Assembly: GCF_001194135.2 (NCBI RefSeq)
Contig: NC_068983.1
Coordinates: 16,458,684 to 16,522,683, forward strand
DNA: 64,000 nt
Direction of reading: 5' to 3'
DNA from: Octopus bimaculoides
Lineage: Eukaryota
This document shows positions 37,391 to 50,430 of the stretch, piece after piece. Each line of letters starts with the position of its first letter. The first letter of the stretch is position 1. The notes under the pieces are model-generated. The model was given only the letters and a program-made list of their open reading frames with translations, was not told the origin of the DNA and made no database searches. Made by a program: the position numbers and the translations under genes.

Positions 37391-38659
37391 CCAGGTAATT
37401 TCTTCGCTAGGTGTGCTATTTAGAAAGCCCTTCGGGTCGCAAGTTGTCCACGACAGGTTCATACGGACATGAATAAACTCGTAAAATAATTTGAACAGAG
37501 TCCTAGTAAAATATTGATGCCCAACGAAGGAGAATAAGTGAGGAGTAAAATTGGTAACCGGAGAAAAATTAATAATTTCTGATTTCTTGTTATTTTCTCT
37601 CAACCTTTTTGCAAGTATTGCATCATCATTTTGTACTGCAACAGCATCATCTTTATAAGTAAAAATTAGTCGGCATTGTTGTTGAAGTTGTGAGTTTGGA
37701 ACCGATTATAATTAAGGTTACTACTAGAATATCTGGATAAATGTTGGTGTTTAACAATCAATATTCTTTTCTCTGTTGGATTCCAAGTCAATTTTTTTTT
37801 ACCATACTAATGTTTAATTTGGTGATTTTCACTTTTCAAAAAAGTAAAATGAGTAATGATTGATTTCAATAATTTCTTCTCTTTAACTGCAGCAGATCGT
37901 GAAGAAGCGAGAGAGAAAATATATATATTTCTTTTTAGTCGAGTTTCGTTAATTTCATGTCATTTGATCAAGCTATTTCTGATCTTTCCGATCTCTAAGG
38001 ATGGATATTGATGTGTATGAGTCAGTTTTCAAATGTAATTCTGGTGAATTGAAGAGGCAAATTTAGGTGACTCATTTTGCCCCAGCTAAATTTGTCTTCT
38101 ATATGCTCAAAGAGAACGGTGATAATTTTCTAACATAGTATTCAGATTATGCCGTAATGTTTTTAATGCATTTAGAGAATCATTTGCTTAGCTGATATAG
38201 TTTTTGAAAAGCTGAGAACATTTGTAAAAAATATCTTTATTCTTAAAGTCAAAAATGCACTAAAAACTTTTCATTGTGCCCCACCCACCCCTACACTAAA
38301 ATTTAATTTATCATTGGTATTTTATCTATCGCCCACTTCCTGCAGAAGAATAAAAATAATGTTAACCTTGGTGGGATTTGAACCCACAATGAATAGGATA
38401 TGATTAAACTCGCAAACCATTTCCTTTCCTGGTGTTTTAGTAGAAAATTGAAAGCTTTTATTTTCATATATAACCTATAAACATGTACATCTCTTAGAAC
38501 ATTGTCATTTTATAAGATTTTGCTGGCAAATTTTAAAATTAACATAAACATTTATTTGCAAGAAAGAAAATTACCGTAGAACATGCTTCTAAATATTTCT
38601 GTTTAAAACTGTATTGTAACCATTAATGGTGAATTTTTTATCACAGTAACTGGTTCGCA

Positions 38660-39480
38660 CATCACAAAGTTCAACGGAACCCACTGAAGCAAGTCAGCAC
38701 GCTCGCAGCATTACCCCCGGGCGATGGCAAGGCTAAGGCGTTAGAAAAGCCAAGCACCCTCACGGGCATCTCAGTGGGGCGAGCTGCCAACGTTGACAAG
38801 AACTTCGCGGTTAGTGGTCCAGTCCCTCCGTTCACTGTCAGGCTCCGATACTTCAGAGTTTTCTTCCATTCGACAACGGAAGCAGTGCCCCCCACCCACC
38901 CACACACACACACATTCAGCATGTGGGAGGGAGCAAAGGTGTCGCTGACTGTGGCGTCCCAAATGAGGCACCTACCTCTAACCCAAGGACAAATAGTAAG
39001 ACCATCTAGTCTCTTTCCATCACTTCTGGCCCCGACGGCTCCAGAACTGAGGGGATATTAATCTGAGCCAGGGCCCACTTAATGATTAGGTTTAGTTCGG
39101 TGTGGCGAACGAAGTGACCAGCATTGAGGCGGCAAGACAGATCGTGAAGACCTGTGGGATCGAGGGGCCTACCACAGCGGCATCTTAGTCTCCTACAGAC
39201 GTCAGCTCCCACTCTGAGTGCAATGGAGATGCAGAGTTCATCCAGACTGTGTCGACTTCCTATGTTGGCTACAGGCAGGGCATCAATCCAGTCCCTCGAG
39301 AATTTCACACTAGCTGAAAGTAGGCGACACCTTGAAAATTGATCAGATTAATCAATGCGAGAGTTGAAGGTGACATCTGAACGCAGATTGTCCCATATTC
39401 TCCATTGTAATAGGACCTGAGAAGCCCAGCTCTCTCCACTGTGGGAGAACTTCATCCATCTTCCTGCTGGAATGAGTCCA
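38660..39480 (-). mobile_element. 5'-truncated CRE-clade-like non-LTR retrotransposon remnant (zinc finger + restriction-like endonuclease)
   Basis: WIDALP..., CRCGRPLDPTGLHDLSC...RHTELN, DGKRLDGLTICPW...LIWDATVSDT, AREGAWLF*RLSLAIARGNAASVL; frameshifts and a stop. Confidence 0.82.
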
Positions 39481-41800
39481 TGTTGAAGAAAATTAATAAA
39501 CAAAATAACCACTCCTGTTGTTGGCCCTCGTTAGTGTGTGTGTGTGTGAATACTTGGTTCAAAGCAATTTCACAATGGAAGGGAAGTAACTCAATACATT
39601 ACAATCTCCTTCCGCATTGATGTCAAGTTACTTTTGTTTTCTCCAGACGTCGTGTGTTTTGATAGATACAACAGCTTTTAGTAAATTCGTGTTCATCTGT
39701 TAAGATGCACCCCACCCATTATGTTAAGAAATAATTATTACATAGACTTTTCACTTGATTTGATACTCGTTTCGAATTTAATTCTACACTACAAGTATGG
39801 CCTCTGATTTTATGTAGATCGCCGTCCGTACTCATCCATTCAGACCCTACACGGAACACTCCAGACAGTCACTTCTTCCAAGATTTCCTCTCCAGTAGTT
39901 TAAAAGTGTAGCGTACCATTTTCACGTTTGCAAACTTAAATTTCCTTTCAATTTCACAGCGGCGGCTCAAAGTACGGACTCACTGGGCAGTCACGCAGGG
40001 TGGGGGGCTGACGAGTCTCGGTGCCTAATTATGATCCATGTATGCTTTGGCTTGCTGTCAATATATAGTATAGGGCTCAATGCATTGATTTGCCTGAGGG
40101 CCTGTAACGCTGCTAAGAAGACCCTGCTCTTCTCATAACTACCCTGTCTTTTTTAGGCATAGTATACCTAGAACTACATTAACCAATATATTCTGCTTAT
40201 ATATTTTTAAATCGGAAGGTTGTGGTCTATAGGAGATATAACTGCTGTTTCCTGTCGGACGAGGAACCACATAGACTCTCACTCATAAAACATCGTCGTT
40301 GTTTTTGTTTGAACCCCAGATCAATCCTGATCGATCAGTCCTTTAATCAAAGATATTTTTTACCGTAACGATTCCATCTTTTCCACTGCAAAAGTGTATC
40401 CAGGGCCACTTAATTCAATGTCTTCTTTTCTAATACGATAGCGTGTTCTTTCTAAAAAGAATTCACGGCTATTTCTAGCAGATTGAAGACCCACTTAATG
40501 GTCTCCCATTTCGCTACAATTTCTAGCGCATGTAGAGGTTCCAATCGAAGGACTCTTTATGCGGTCGCTAACGTGCAATGTAGTAGTAGTAGTAGCAGTT
40601 GTTTAGCTTCAGGTTAACCCTAATAGAACAGACTTGTGGTGAAAAGTATTCCAGCTATGACCATTCTTATTCTTAGAAGTATGTACGACTACATTATGTA
40701 GCGTGTCTTTTCTTTGTTCAAAGCAGTAAGGCTGCGAGCTGACATAATAATTACAGCATCGGACAAAATGTTTAGCGACATTTCTTTCGGCTCATTACGT
40801 TCTGAGTTCAAATTCCGCTGAGGTCTGTACACTGAAGTAACAGTCAAGTACTGGAGTAAATCTAATTGATTAGACCCCTTCCCCTGAAACTGCTGGCCTT
40901 CTGCCAAAATTTGAAGCAAATATTCAAGGGTGTAAGGTAAATTTGAAGGAGATTTAGCTGCTATTTCTAGCAGGCCGCTTTGGTGATAATAATGCTTGCT
41001 TGAGAGTTACCTCCCTGAAGTTTGTATTTCAGATCATCAATTCTATATTCTAGGTAACTATACTTTCTTAGAATCTCACCTGCTTATTCTTTCCTTAGTA
41101 AAAAAAACACGATAAGTAGAATCAACCATCCGAACGTCTTGTTTCTCATGTTTGCTGTAGTACTAATGACGATATATTTTAATTTTAGTTATGATACAGA
41201 GACAGGTATGTTGTGGCTTCCATGTTTTGCTTAAGTGAAATGACGCCAGCTGAGAATCGAAACCGCACTGTGACTTCATTTCATTGGAAGATTTATCTTA
41301 TCGGTGCATTCAGTAGACTGTTATTGCTCGACTTATATCGGTACCAGAGAATAGTTAATATTTTTAAAAAGTAAAACCTTCTTAGAAGAGACTTAGTCAA
41401 CCAGTTGATTAATTTTCAACTCTTTGTTTTCATGCAGAATCAAGAACAAAAAAGGGCGTGGAGGCCTTGCTAATTCCCCCACCTTTTTTTTTTAATTTCT
41501 AGTTAAATATTTCATTTACCGCGGTAAAAAAAAATTACCATTACCGCTCCCTCAGTGCCATAAAGAAGATGTTAAACGATTGGAATATTACGAAAACACT
41601 TAGAATTATAGTAATCATGTAACGAGTGATACTTATTTTACTGTAACGGTTTGTATGTTGTCCAGGGTCACTTCGGACTGGCTGGACTCGAGCGAAAACT
41701 ACCAGCCAATTCACAACCTTAATTTCAAATTGAGTGTAGATTTAGTTTTCTTTTTAATAAAATTTGCTATCTTTTTTTGTTCGTCGTAAGTCATCGAACA

Positions 41801-42020
41801 AGGCGACAAACTGACAGAATCGTTAGCACGTTGGACAAAATACTTAGCGGCATGTCTTCTGGCTCTTCACGTTCTGAGTTCAAATACCACCGAGATCGAC
41901 TTTCCCTTTCACATTTACGGGGTCGGTAAAATAAGTACCAGTTGAGTACTAGGGTCTGTGTAATTGACGCTCTTCTTCCCACTAAAATTTCAGGCCATGT
42001 ACTAAGAGTAGAAAGAATTT
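41801..42020 (+). mobile_element. Deu/Nin SINE copy retaining CpGs
   Basis: Colinear with 29-233 and 3680-3891. Confidence 0.72.
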
Positions 42021-42114
42021 ATAAACACTATTTCGAAAACTGTGTATGGTATGTACGAACGTATGTAAAATTCTAGTTTTATTATTTGAATGTATCTACG
42101 TACGTAGGCACGTG

Positions 42115-42165
<51 letters not shown>

Positions 42166-42253
42166 NNNNNNNNNNNNNNNNNNNNNNNNNNNNNNNNNNN
42201 NNNNNNNNNNNNNNNNNNNNNNNNNNNNNNNNNNNNNNNNNNNNNNNNNNNNN

Positions 42254-42303
<50 letters not shown>
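42115..42303. repeat. (TA)n microsatellite spanning an N gap
   Basis: Direct observation. Confidence 0.9.
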
Positions 42304-42306
<3 letters not shown>

Positions 42307-44448
42307 CGTTTAATATATATGTGTGTGTGTGTGTATATGCTTATTTTATTAAATTTTGCTGACTCTTGTTGATATTTGTATGTCAAGCTACACGTGAGTG
42401 CGACTGATAATATGTAACGCAGTACAATGTGTTGCATGTCAGGTCATTAGCAATTAAACCACCCCTCAACACTAGGCCCACCTAATAATGAGGTTGCCAG
42501 AAGCACAACAGGATAAAAACAATACATGTCTTAAGGACAAATGAACTGAACATAAGGTCAACGCCCATCTAGCTACAGCGTGCAAGCGATGGTGATATCT
42601 GTAAAACACCTTAGTCGATCAGAGAGCCTGGTGTTGGTGTTTAGTGTGGAAGTAAATACCAGGATTGTATCTAAGTAACTCATTTTATGGGTAGATAATA
42701 ACTCTTTAGTTTTTTGGCTGACAAACTATCTAGGAGGTGGAAAACTCGTATAAGAATGAATGAATGCGCGCATGTGCACACACACACATATATACTGGTG
42801 CAGGAATGGTTGTGTTGTAAAAAGTTTACTCTCCAACCGCATGGTTTTGGATTCAGTCCAACTGTATGGCATTTTGGGCAAGTACCGTGTCTTCTACTCT
42901 AGCCCCATACCAACCAAAGCTTTGTGAATAGGTATGATAGTCAGAAACTGAAAGAAACATCGTGTACATATATGTACATATACTTTAGGAAGTTAAAAGT
43001 TATGGCCAGTCATAGAGTGACAATTGGTTTCACACCTATAAAGTGCCTAGCAGTATAGGCGACCCATCAGACTCAAATGCCTGAAGGCACATAACCTCTC
43101 TAGAACTGGAGGAAGAAATACGTAATGGTTAGTTTGTTTTGTAAGCAAAAAATAATTGTCTATGTTGTGAGACAGTGTTTTTAGTATGAATATATGTGTG
43201 TGTATGTACATGCATGCATGCATACTTATGTATGTGTGTATGCATATGCGTGTGTGTGTGTGCATGCATGCGTGTGTGTTTGTCTCCCTTCACTTCTTGA
43301 CAATCAGTTTTGTTTTGTTTACATTCCTGTAACTTAGCAGTTTGGCAGAAAAGACTTAAAAATATAAGTATTGGGTTCAATTTGTTTGACTAAAACCTTC
43401 AAGGCAGTGCCCCAGCATAGCTGCAGTTCTATGACTGAAACAAGTAAAAAATAAAAGATATAAAAAAAAATTGACTGATGGCAAAGCATAGACCAACCAT
43501 TACACTGTATAACAAAATTTTTTATTTTAATTTTTTTTCTTTGGTCAGTGAGTGTTATTTCCTTTTTGCTTTTATCTAGAAATCAAAGGAAGTGACTGTT
43601 ATTTTCTTCAGACTTTGCTTTTGTGACCTGGACATCAGTGTTTTGAAAATCACCTATTTTCCATTACATTTCAGACAGATTCAGCACTGAGTTGCTGAAG
43701 CAGAAATATCGTTATAGTTCTGCTCAATATCACAGATTTGCTCTTCATTTGCTTGACCATAACCGCTTAAGCATGTCCCTTATTGGCTGACAATATGTGC
43801 ATCTTTGATCATGAGCAGGAGTAATGGGGAGCATCATAGCCATGTGGTGAGAGGAATTTTTTGGGGTTTGAATAAATGTCACAAAAGTAAAGTTTGAAAG
43901 GAATATTAGCCATTTTCCATATTTTCTAAGGGGTAAGCAAATAGGAAATAACAGTTGCTACCTAAGGACAAAAATCATGTTATGCAGTGTTATAGGGACC
44001 TTTGATGCATTTATCAGAATTCACTCTATTGCAAACATTCAGGCCAGATCTCAAATTTGGAGATGCTTTTGTCCCTCCCTCTTCTCCACCCTGCCTTTCT
44101 TTGAAATTTAAAGATAAAAAAAAAGTTGATGCTCCTTTGTATATTTTGTATAATTCACCCTGACATAACTTGAACGCACAATCCTTGGACCCATGTCTAA
44201 AAATAATAATTTTAATTGGTTTATTTCTTGATCTGTTTTAAGAACATCAGAATTATTTTTAGTTGAGTTGGGACTTAAAATCACCAGAGACTAAATATGT
44301 AATTCACCTAATTAATATGAAATTCTAAAATTAAATCACTATTTTTATTTTCACTCATTCAACACCCACATCATTGCATCTCCCTTGAAAATGGTGAAAT
44401 AACTTATTCTACCAAGAAAAATGTCTGACCACATCTAAAAGAGATCGA

Positions 44449-45783
44449 CAAGGTACATTCCAGATGTTTTGAGACTTTTTCAGGCAAGACATTTATTAAT
44501 TTCAAGGAAGTACAAAGCTCAAGTCTTCTTCAAAGTAGGATCCTCTAACTTCAGTGCATTTGTTATAGTTCTTCAGCCACTCTTCAAGGACCCATGAAAG
44601 TCCTCCAAAATGAAAGTATCTAGGATCCTTATCACAGCTTCCTTCACCTTTTCAATGTCTTTAAAAAAAATTGCCCCTGAGGTTCACCTTCAGCTTTAAA
44701 ATACCCAAAAGTCACAGAGAACAAGGTTTGGACTGTAGGGAGAGTGGTGGGGCAGTTTTGTGCCAAGTAGTTGGTTACTAGAATAGAATTGCAAACTGGT
44801 GCATTGTCCTGGTGTAGATGCCATTGACCCAAGTGGAAGAGCTCAGGTTTTTATGATGAAATCTCTTCCTGAACTCTCTCAAAACCCTCACAAAGTATAT
44901 TTTGTTGACCATCTGGCCAGAGGAAACCCAGTGGATGCAAATGATGTCTTTGCTGTTGATCATCATCATAAGCCTTCCAGCAGACTTGTTTTGCCTGGCC
45001 TTCTTACGCTTGGCAGAGCCAAGATGTTTCCATTATGCACTCTGTCTCTTAGTCTCTGGATCATAACAGTAAATACAACTTGTGTTACATGTCAGTAAAG
45101 ACTTGAGTACTCTTGGATTGGAGGTGATGAGATCAACCATCTCCCTGCTGTCACCAGTGCATCTTTCCTTCTGTTCATCACTAAGCATGCTGACAACAAA
45201 TTTTGCACATGTTCAGATCTTCATGAATAATTCTGTGTACAGTTTCCACACCAACTCCAAACTGTTTGTTTATTGTCTTTATAAATACATGGCAGTTTCA
45301 TTCAAAAAATTGCAAATTTTCTCAACTGGCTCTGTCTTGATGTCTCTTTCCCTTCTACACCTCTCATAGTCTCTCATCTCTCTACTCTCCTTGAACTACT
45401 TGTGCCAGTGAAAAACAGGTGCTTGGCTGATACCAGTTTATCCATAAATAATCTGGAACATTTCATAAATTTCTGTGGAATTTTTGCCCAGTTTAACACA
45501 AAACAGTTTAACACATTTTTGCCCAGTTTAACACAAAGCTATATTCCATTGTGAGCTTCGAACTTATCTTCACATCCTGACTGCATTTCTACAAACTAAT
45601 CAGCTGTGACAAGCAGTGTTTAGTAAGGTGTGTTCAAAGTGCTGTTACAGCCATCTCCTTCAATCTGGAAGGAAAAAATTGGCTGGTCAGTTTATTAGAT
45701 GTATGGTATAAAATTACAATAATCTCAAGACAGTTGTAACTGCCTTGCATAATAAAGTTTCAAAATTTTTGGAATGCACTTTG
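44449..45783 (-). mobile_element. Full-length but decayed mariner element
   Basis: Imperfect about 30-bp TIRs about 1.33 kb apart; minus-strand remnants YCYDPETKRQSA*W, WVSSGQMVNK, WHLHQDNAP with stops and frameshifts. Confidence 0.82.
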
Positions 45784-47194
45784 TATAAGAATACGAGATG
45801 GTCACACCTGAAATCATCATCATCATCATCACCATTTAACATTTTTTCCATGCTGATAGAGGACTGTTTGACAGGCGCTGAGAACCAGCTTCAGTGTCTG
45901 GTTTGGAATGGCTTCTACACTTGGATGCCCTTCCTAATGCCAACTGATTTACAGAGTGTACTGAATGCTCTTTATGTAGTACTGGCACCAGTGAGGTCAC
46001 CAAGTAACTCACAAGACAAGATTCAATGCCTGGATCAGAATTAACCTTGGGTTTAAACAACAACTAAAACAACAATATTGTCATGATAAGTCTTTTGGTG
46101 CAAGAGAGATTTAAAAAGAAAAACTGTAATGATTTTCTTTTTCCTGGAGTTGGTTAAATATTATTTATATTATGGCAAAAACATAGAAATAACATTGGTG
46201 ATTTATGTTTGAAACCTAAATAGAAACAATATTTACATGACACAGTTGTCATTGTTTAGTCCCAGTTTAGTCCCGATCAAGCCCACCTATGATAAAGACA
46301 CTACAAATGTGACCCTCCCCGTTTGTCTAATCCATTAAAACAATAACAACAAAAATTATCCAATGTTTCTTTTTTTTCCTTAAAACAGTATCATGTGGTT
46401 GTCTTGGGCAAGCCATTAAAGTACATTTGGTTGTGAAGTTCATTATGTGACATTTGTTCTCCAATCATTCATTTATATGTGTGTGTATGTGGAGAGAAAG
46501 AGACAGAGATGGATAGAGAAATATACAGATAGACAGTGAGAGTGAGATTAACCCCCCCCCCCAGGCATCACTGGTACTCATTTTAAATTGAGTCGACTTG
46601 GAACAACATAAAACAAAGTGCCTTGCTAAAAAGACATAATGCACCACTTGGTCCAGGAATCAAACTCATGACCAAATGATCATATGTCCAACACCCTAAC
46701 CATAGGGCCAGATGACTTCACCAGGGATTTAAATTAGAAGAGGAGCTGTGGATATTTTAGTACTGTAAAAGAGCAATAGAAAGGGGACAATAATTGGAAC
46801 AAGAAAGGGGTTTTGTTATTGTTTAGTCTTTAACCATCCTGTCTTTTATTGAACTGTACCCTATCTGGGTATGTATTCTTTTTTTAAGAGAGTAAGATAT
46901 AATTTAAGTGAAATTCAGTTACTGTTTCTGGTAACTAAAAATCTAATTACAAATAACTACATGTTGTGAGAGAAAAACAATAACTAATCAGTGTATTATA
47001 TTCTTTTAATTCGTTCAGCAAATATGGCAGATAACTCCTGACATGTTTCAATCTAAACGTAACTTTATCAGTGTAACACAGACTTTGACAGAATTTGGTG
47101 GATTACTTTGAAATGTTCCATCTGGGCTCTCTGCACTCTGAATTTAATTTCACTGAAGTCAATTTTGCCTTTCATTTCTGTCTGTCTGTCTCTG

Positions 47195-47226
<32 letters not shown>

Positions 47227-47420
47227 TATAGAAACGTCTAGTTAGAATAGAGGCAGTTGACGAAGGATTAATTCCAAGTGACTATCTGTTTTCCTATGTG
47301 TTCATTCCGTGGTCTGTAGTTCATTGTTCTAACCTCCTGTACCCTGATATGCATCTATATACACATGTAGATGTAAGTATGTACATATATGTGGGTATAC
47401 ATGCATACATATTCTTTATA

Positions 47421-47452
<32 letters not shown>

Positions 47453-47499
47453 GACTACGGACCGAGACCTTTGGAAATGGGCTGTGCGTGAGAAGACCC

Positions 47500-47763
47500 G
47501 GCAAGCCAAGTAAGATCGTTGCCAGTGCCCCTGGACTGGTTCTTGTGCGGTTGGCNNNNNNNNNNGTGCGGGTGACACGTAAAAGCACCCACTACACTCT
47601 CTGAGTGGTTGGCGTTAGGAAGGGCATCCAGCTGTAGAAACTCTGCCAAATCAGACTGGAGCCTGGTGTTGCCATCCGGTTTCACCAGTCCTCAGTCAAA
47701 TCGTCCAACCCATGCTAGCATGGAAAGCGGACGTTAAACGATGATGATGATGATGATGATGAT
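47500..47763 (+). mobile_element. RTE LINE 3' tail
   Basis: (GAT)n tail; near-identical to other young copies. Confidence 0.85.
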
Positions 47764-48866
47764 ATATATATATATATATATATATGCGAGAGAGAGAGAA
47801 AGAAAAGTCTATTGTCAGACCTTAAGAGGGATGGGCTCTGCTAAGTGTAAAAATGCTTAAGATGCACAGTATATCACAAGAGTACTCTGTGACTCATTCT
47901 GTAATTGAAGGCTTAAGGCATAACAAAACTTCACTGTTCTGTAGAAGTAGTGATGAAAGAACCATTAAGTAAAAATGCAAGATTGTATATTGGTTGGTAG
48001 AGAAGAAAAATTGAATTGTTTTGAGATTAACTCATAGACTTTCTTTGCATGAAAAAACAGCAGTTAAGTTAATGTTAACATATTTAATGTAAGTAGTTAT
48101 CCAGTTTCTTGTTCTTATTTCTATATTTCAGCTTGAAAATATTCATATCTCACAGTAAATTTTTCTATACTTTATTTTGAGATAAGCCCCTCCACCACTG
48201 CCATGCAAGTCTCTGCATGTCTTGAAATTACAGCTAAGTCAATGACAGATATATATATACAGCTTTTCTTCTTAATCCAACAAACAATAAACAAAAGTGA
48301 AATTCTAGACAACCATTGGGATTACAGCTATTTGAAATAACTCTGTCCTCAAAATTTTAAGCAGCAAGGTTTACATGAGAGTGACTTAAAGTGTAATATA
48401 TCAACCACAGTTTAGATTTCACTTATACTATTATTATATTCTAAAACTACAAAAATTGTGTTCTTGCTGGGTCTGTCTTCCACCCTTTTGCATTCAAATT
48501 ACTCTGTCAAATGTAATACTTGTTTATTCATGAAGCACATGGCTTAGTGGTTAGGGTGTTCAGCTCACAATCCTTAGGTTGTGAGTTCACTTCCCTGTGG
48601 CATATTGTGTTCTTGACCAAGACATTTTATTTTACTTTGCTCTAATCCATTCAGTGGGAAAAATTGAGTAGTACTTGTATTTCAAAACCCAGCCTTGTCA
48701 CACACATTCTGTGTCACGCTGAATCTTCCTGAGAACTACATTAAGGACACACATGTGTAGTGCTTAGCCACTTACACATTAATGTCATGAACAGGCTCTT
48801 TCATTGATCAAATTGACTGGAACCCTCTTTGCTGTAATTGATGGAGTGCTAGTTTTATTCATATTA

Positions 48867-49077
48867 AAGGTACAGAAAAAAATTTATTTCTCAAATGTGT
48901 GATAATGCTATAAATAGCGTGATCAGAATAAATTATCCATATAATACGTTACCGGCCAGCCATGAGTCTCATGGCTGGCCGGTAACGTATTTTTCTGCAT
49001 TATATGGATAATTTATCCTGATCACGCTATTAATAGCATTACCACGCGTTTGAGAAATAAATTTATTTCTGTATCTT
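48867..49077. mobile_element. Foldback element with a perfect central palindrome
   Basis: 24-bp perfect inner arms around a single T at 48967; about 100-bp arms homologous to those of 33576-33862. Confidence 0.8.
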
Positions 49078-49376
49078 ACAATACATCTCAATGCTTCTAA
49101 AGACAAACTTTGTTTACTTTCATTGTAAAGTTGAATTTATTCATATTATTTTGGATTAATTGCACTTTATCTTGTAGCTTCAAGATTTCAGTGATGTGAT
49201 CAATTATTTTTAGAATGACATTGTAGAGTAAGTATGAGAGGCTGGATCTGTCTGGTTTGAATATAAAGCAGGTAGAATATTTTGAATGGATAAATTAACA
49301 GCTATTTTTAACAGTTACTAAATTAACAGCTATTTTTTTCCCCAGCTGAAGATAAGTTACAAAATGAACCCCTATA

Positions 49377-49673
49377 TCAGGGGTTCTTAACTATTGTTAA
49401 CCTATGGACCCCTTTGATTACTATTTTATTTTGGTGTGCCCTAATAGCCATTCAATGTTTAAAAACTACTTTTATAGAAACTTTTTTCAAAATTCCTATT
49501 TTGTTTTTCACACTTTAATTGCATTGGTTGAACTAAGTAAAATGTTAAAGAAAGAAACCTGGTTGTTTCTTGTAATACATACATCTAAAGCAACATTTTT
49601 CTGAGACCCTTAAAATATTATTGTGTATCCCTAATTTACTATTTTGTGGTGTGGGCCCCAATTGAGAACCACT
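49377..49673. mobile_element. hAT-like MITE
   Basis: Ends CAGGGGTTCTTAAC and ATTGAGAACCACTAG; related end at 57500-57525. Confidence 0.55.
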
Positions 49674-49789
49674 AGTCTATATCATTGTTGGCAAATTTTT
49701 TTAGCTCAGTATGTTGAAATTTCAATTCTTGCAATAACACTATTGCTGTAGTATCACATGTTTAACATGTATTCTAATTATTTTTTATT

Positions 49790-50430
49790 TTCTACTTGTT
49801 TTAGTCATTAGACTGTGGCCATGCTGTGGCATTTCCTTGCAGAGTTCTAGTTGAACAAATCGACCCCAGAACTTTTTTTTTAGTCTAGTACTTATTCTAT
49901 TGGTCTTTTTTGCCAAACCGTTAAGTTACAGGGACATAAACATACCATCACCGGTTGTCAAGTGGTAGTGGGGGGACATACACAGACACAAAGATAGACA
50001 CACACATAGATATATACATATATACATACAACAGGCTTTTTTCAGTTCCTTATTTCTTTATTGCCCACAAGGGGCTAAACACAGAGGGGACATACAAGGA
50101 CAGACAAAGGGTTTAAGTAGATTACATCGACCCCAGTGTGTAACTGGTACTTAATTTATTGACCCCGAAAGGATGAAAGGCAAAGTCAACCTCGGCGGAA
50201 TTTGAACTCTGAACGTAGCGGCGGACGAAATACTGCTAAGCATTTCGCCTGGCATGCTAACGTTTCTGCCAGCTCGCTGACTTGTTTCTTTCAGTTTCTG
50301 TCTACCAAATCTACTCACAAGGCTTTGGTCAGCCTGAAGCTATAGTAGAAGACACTTGCACAAGGTGCCATGCAGTGGGACTGAACCAGGAACCATGTGG
50401 TTGGGAAGCAAGCTTCTTACCACACAGTCG
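49790..50430 (-). mobile_element. tRNA-derived SINE with a Deu/Nin SINE (about 50050-50277) nested inside
   Basis: Host SINE resumes on both sides of the inserted copy. Confidence 0.72.
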
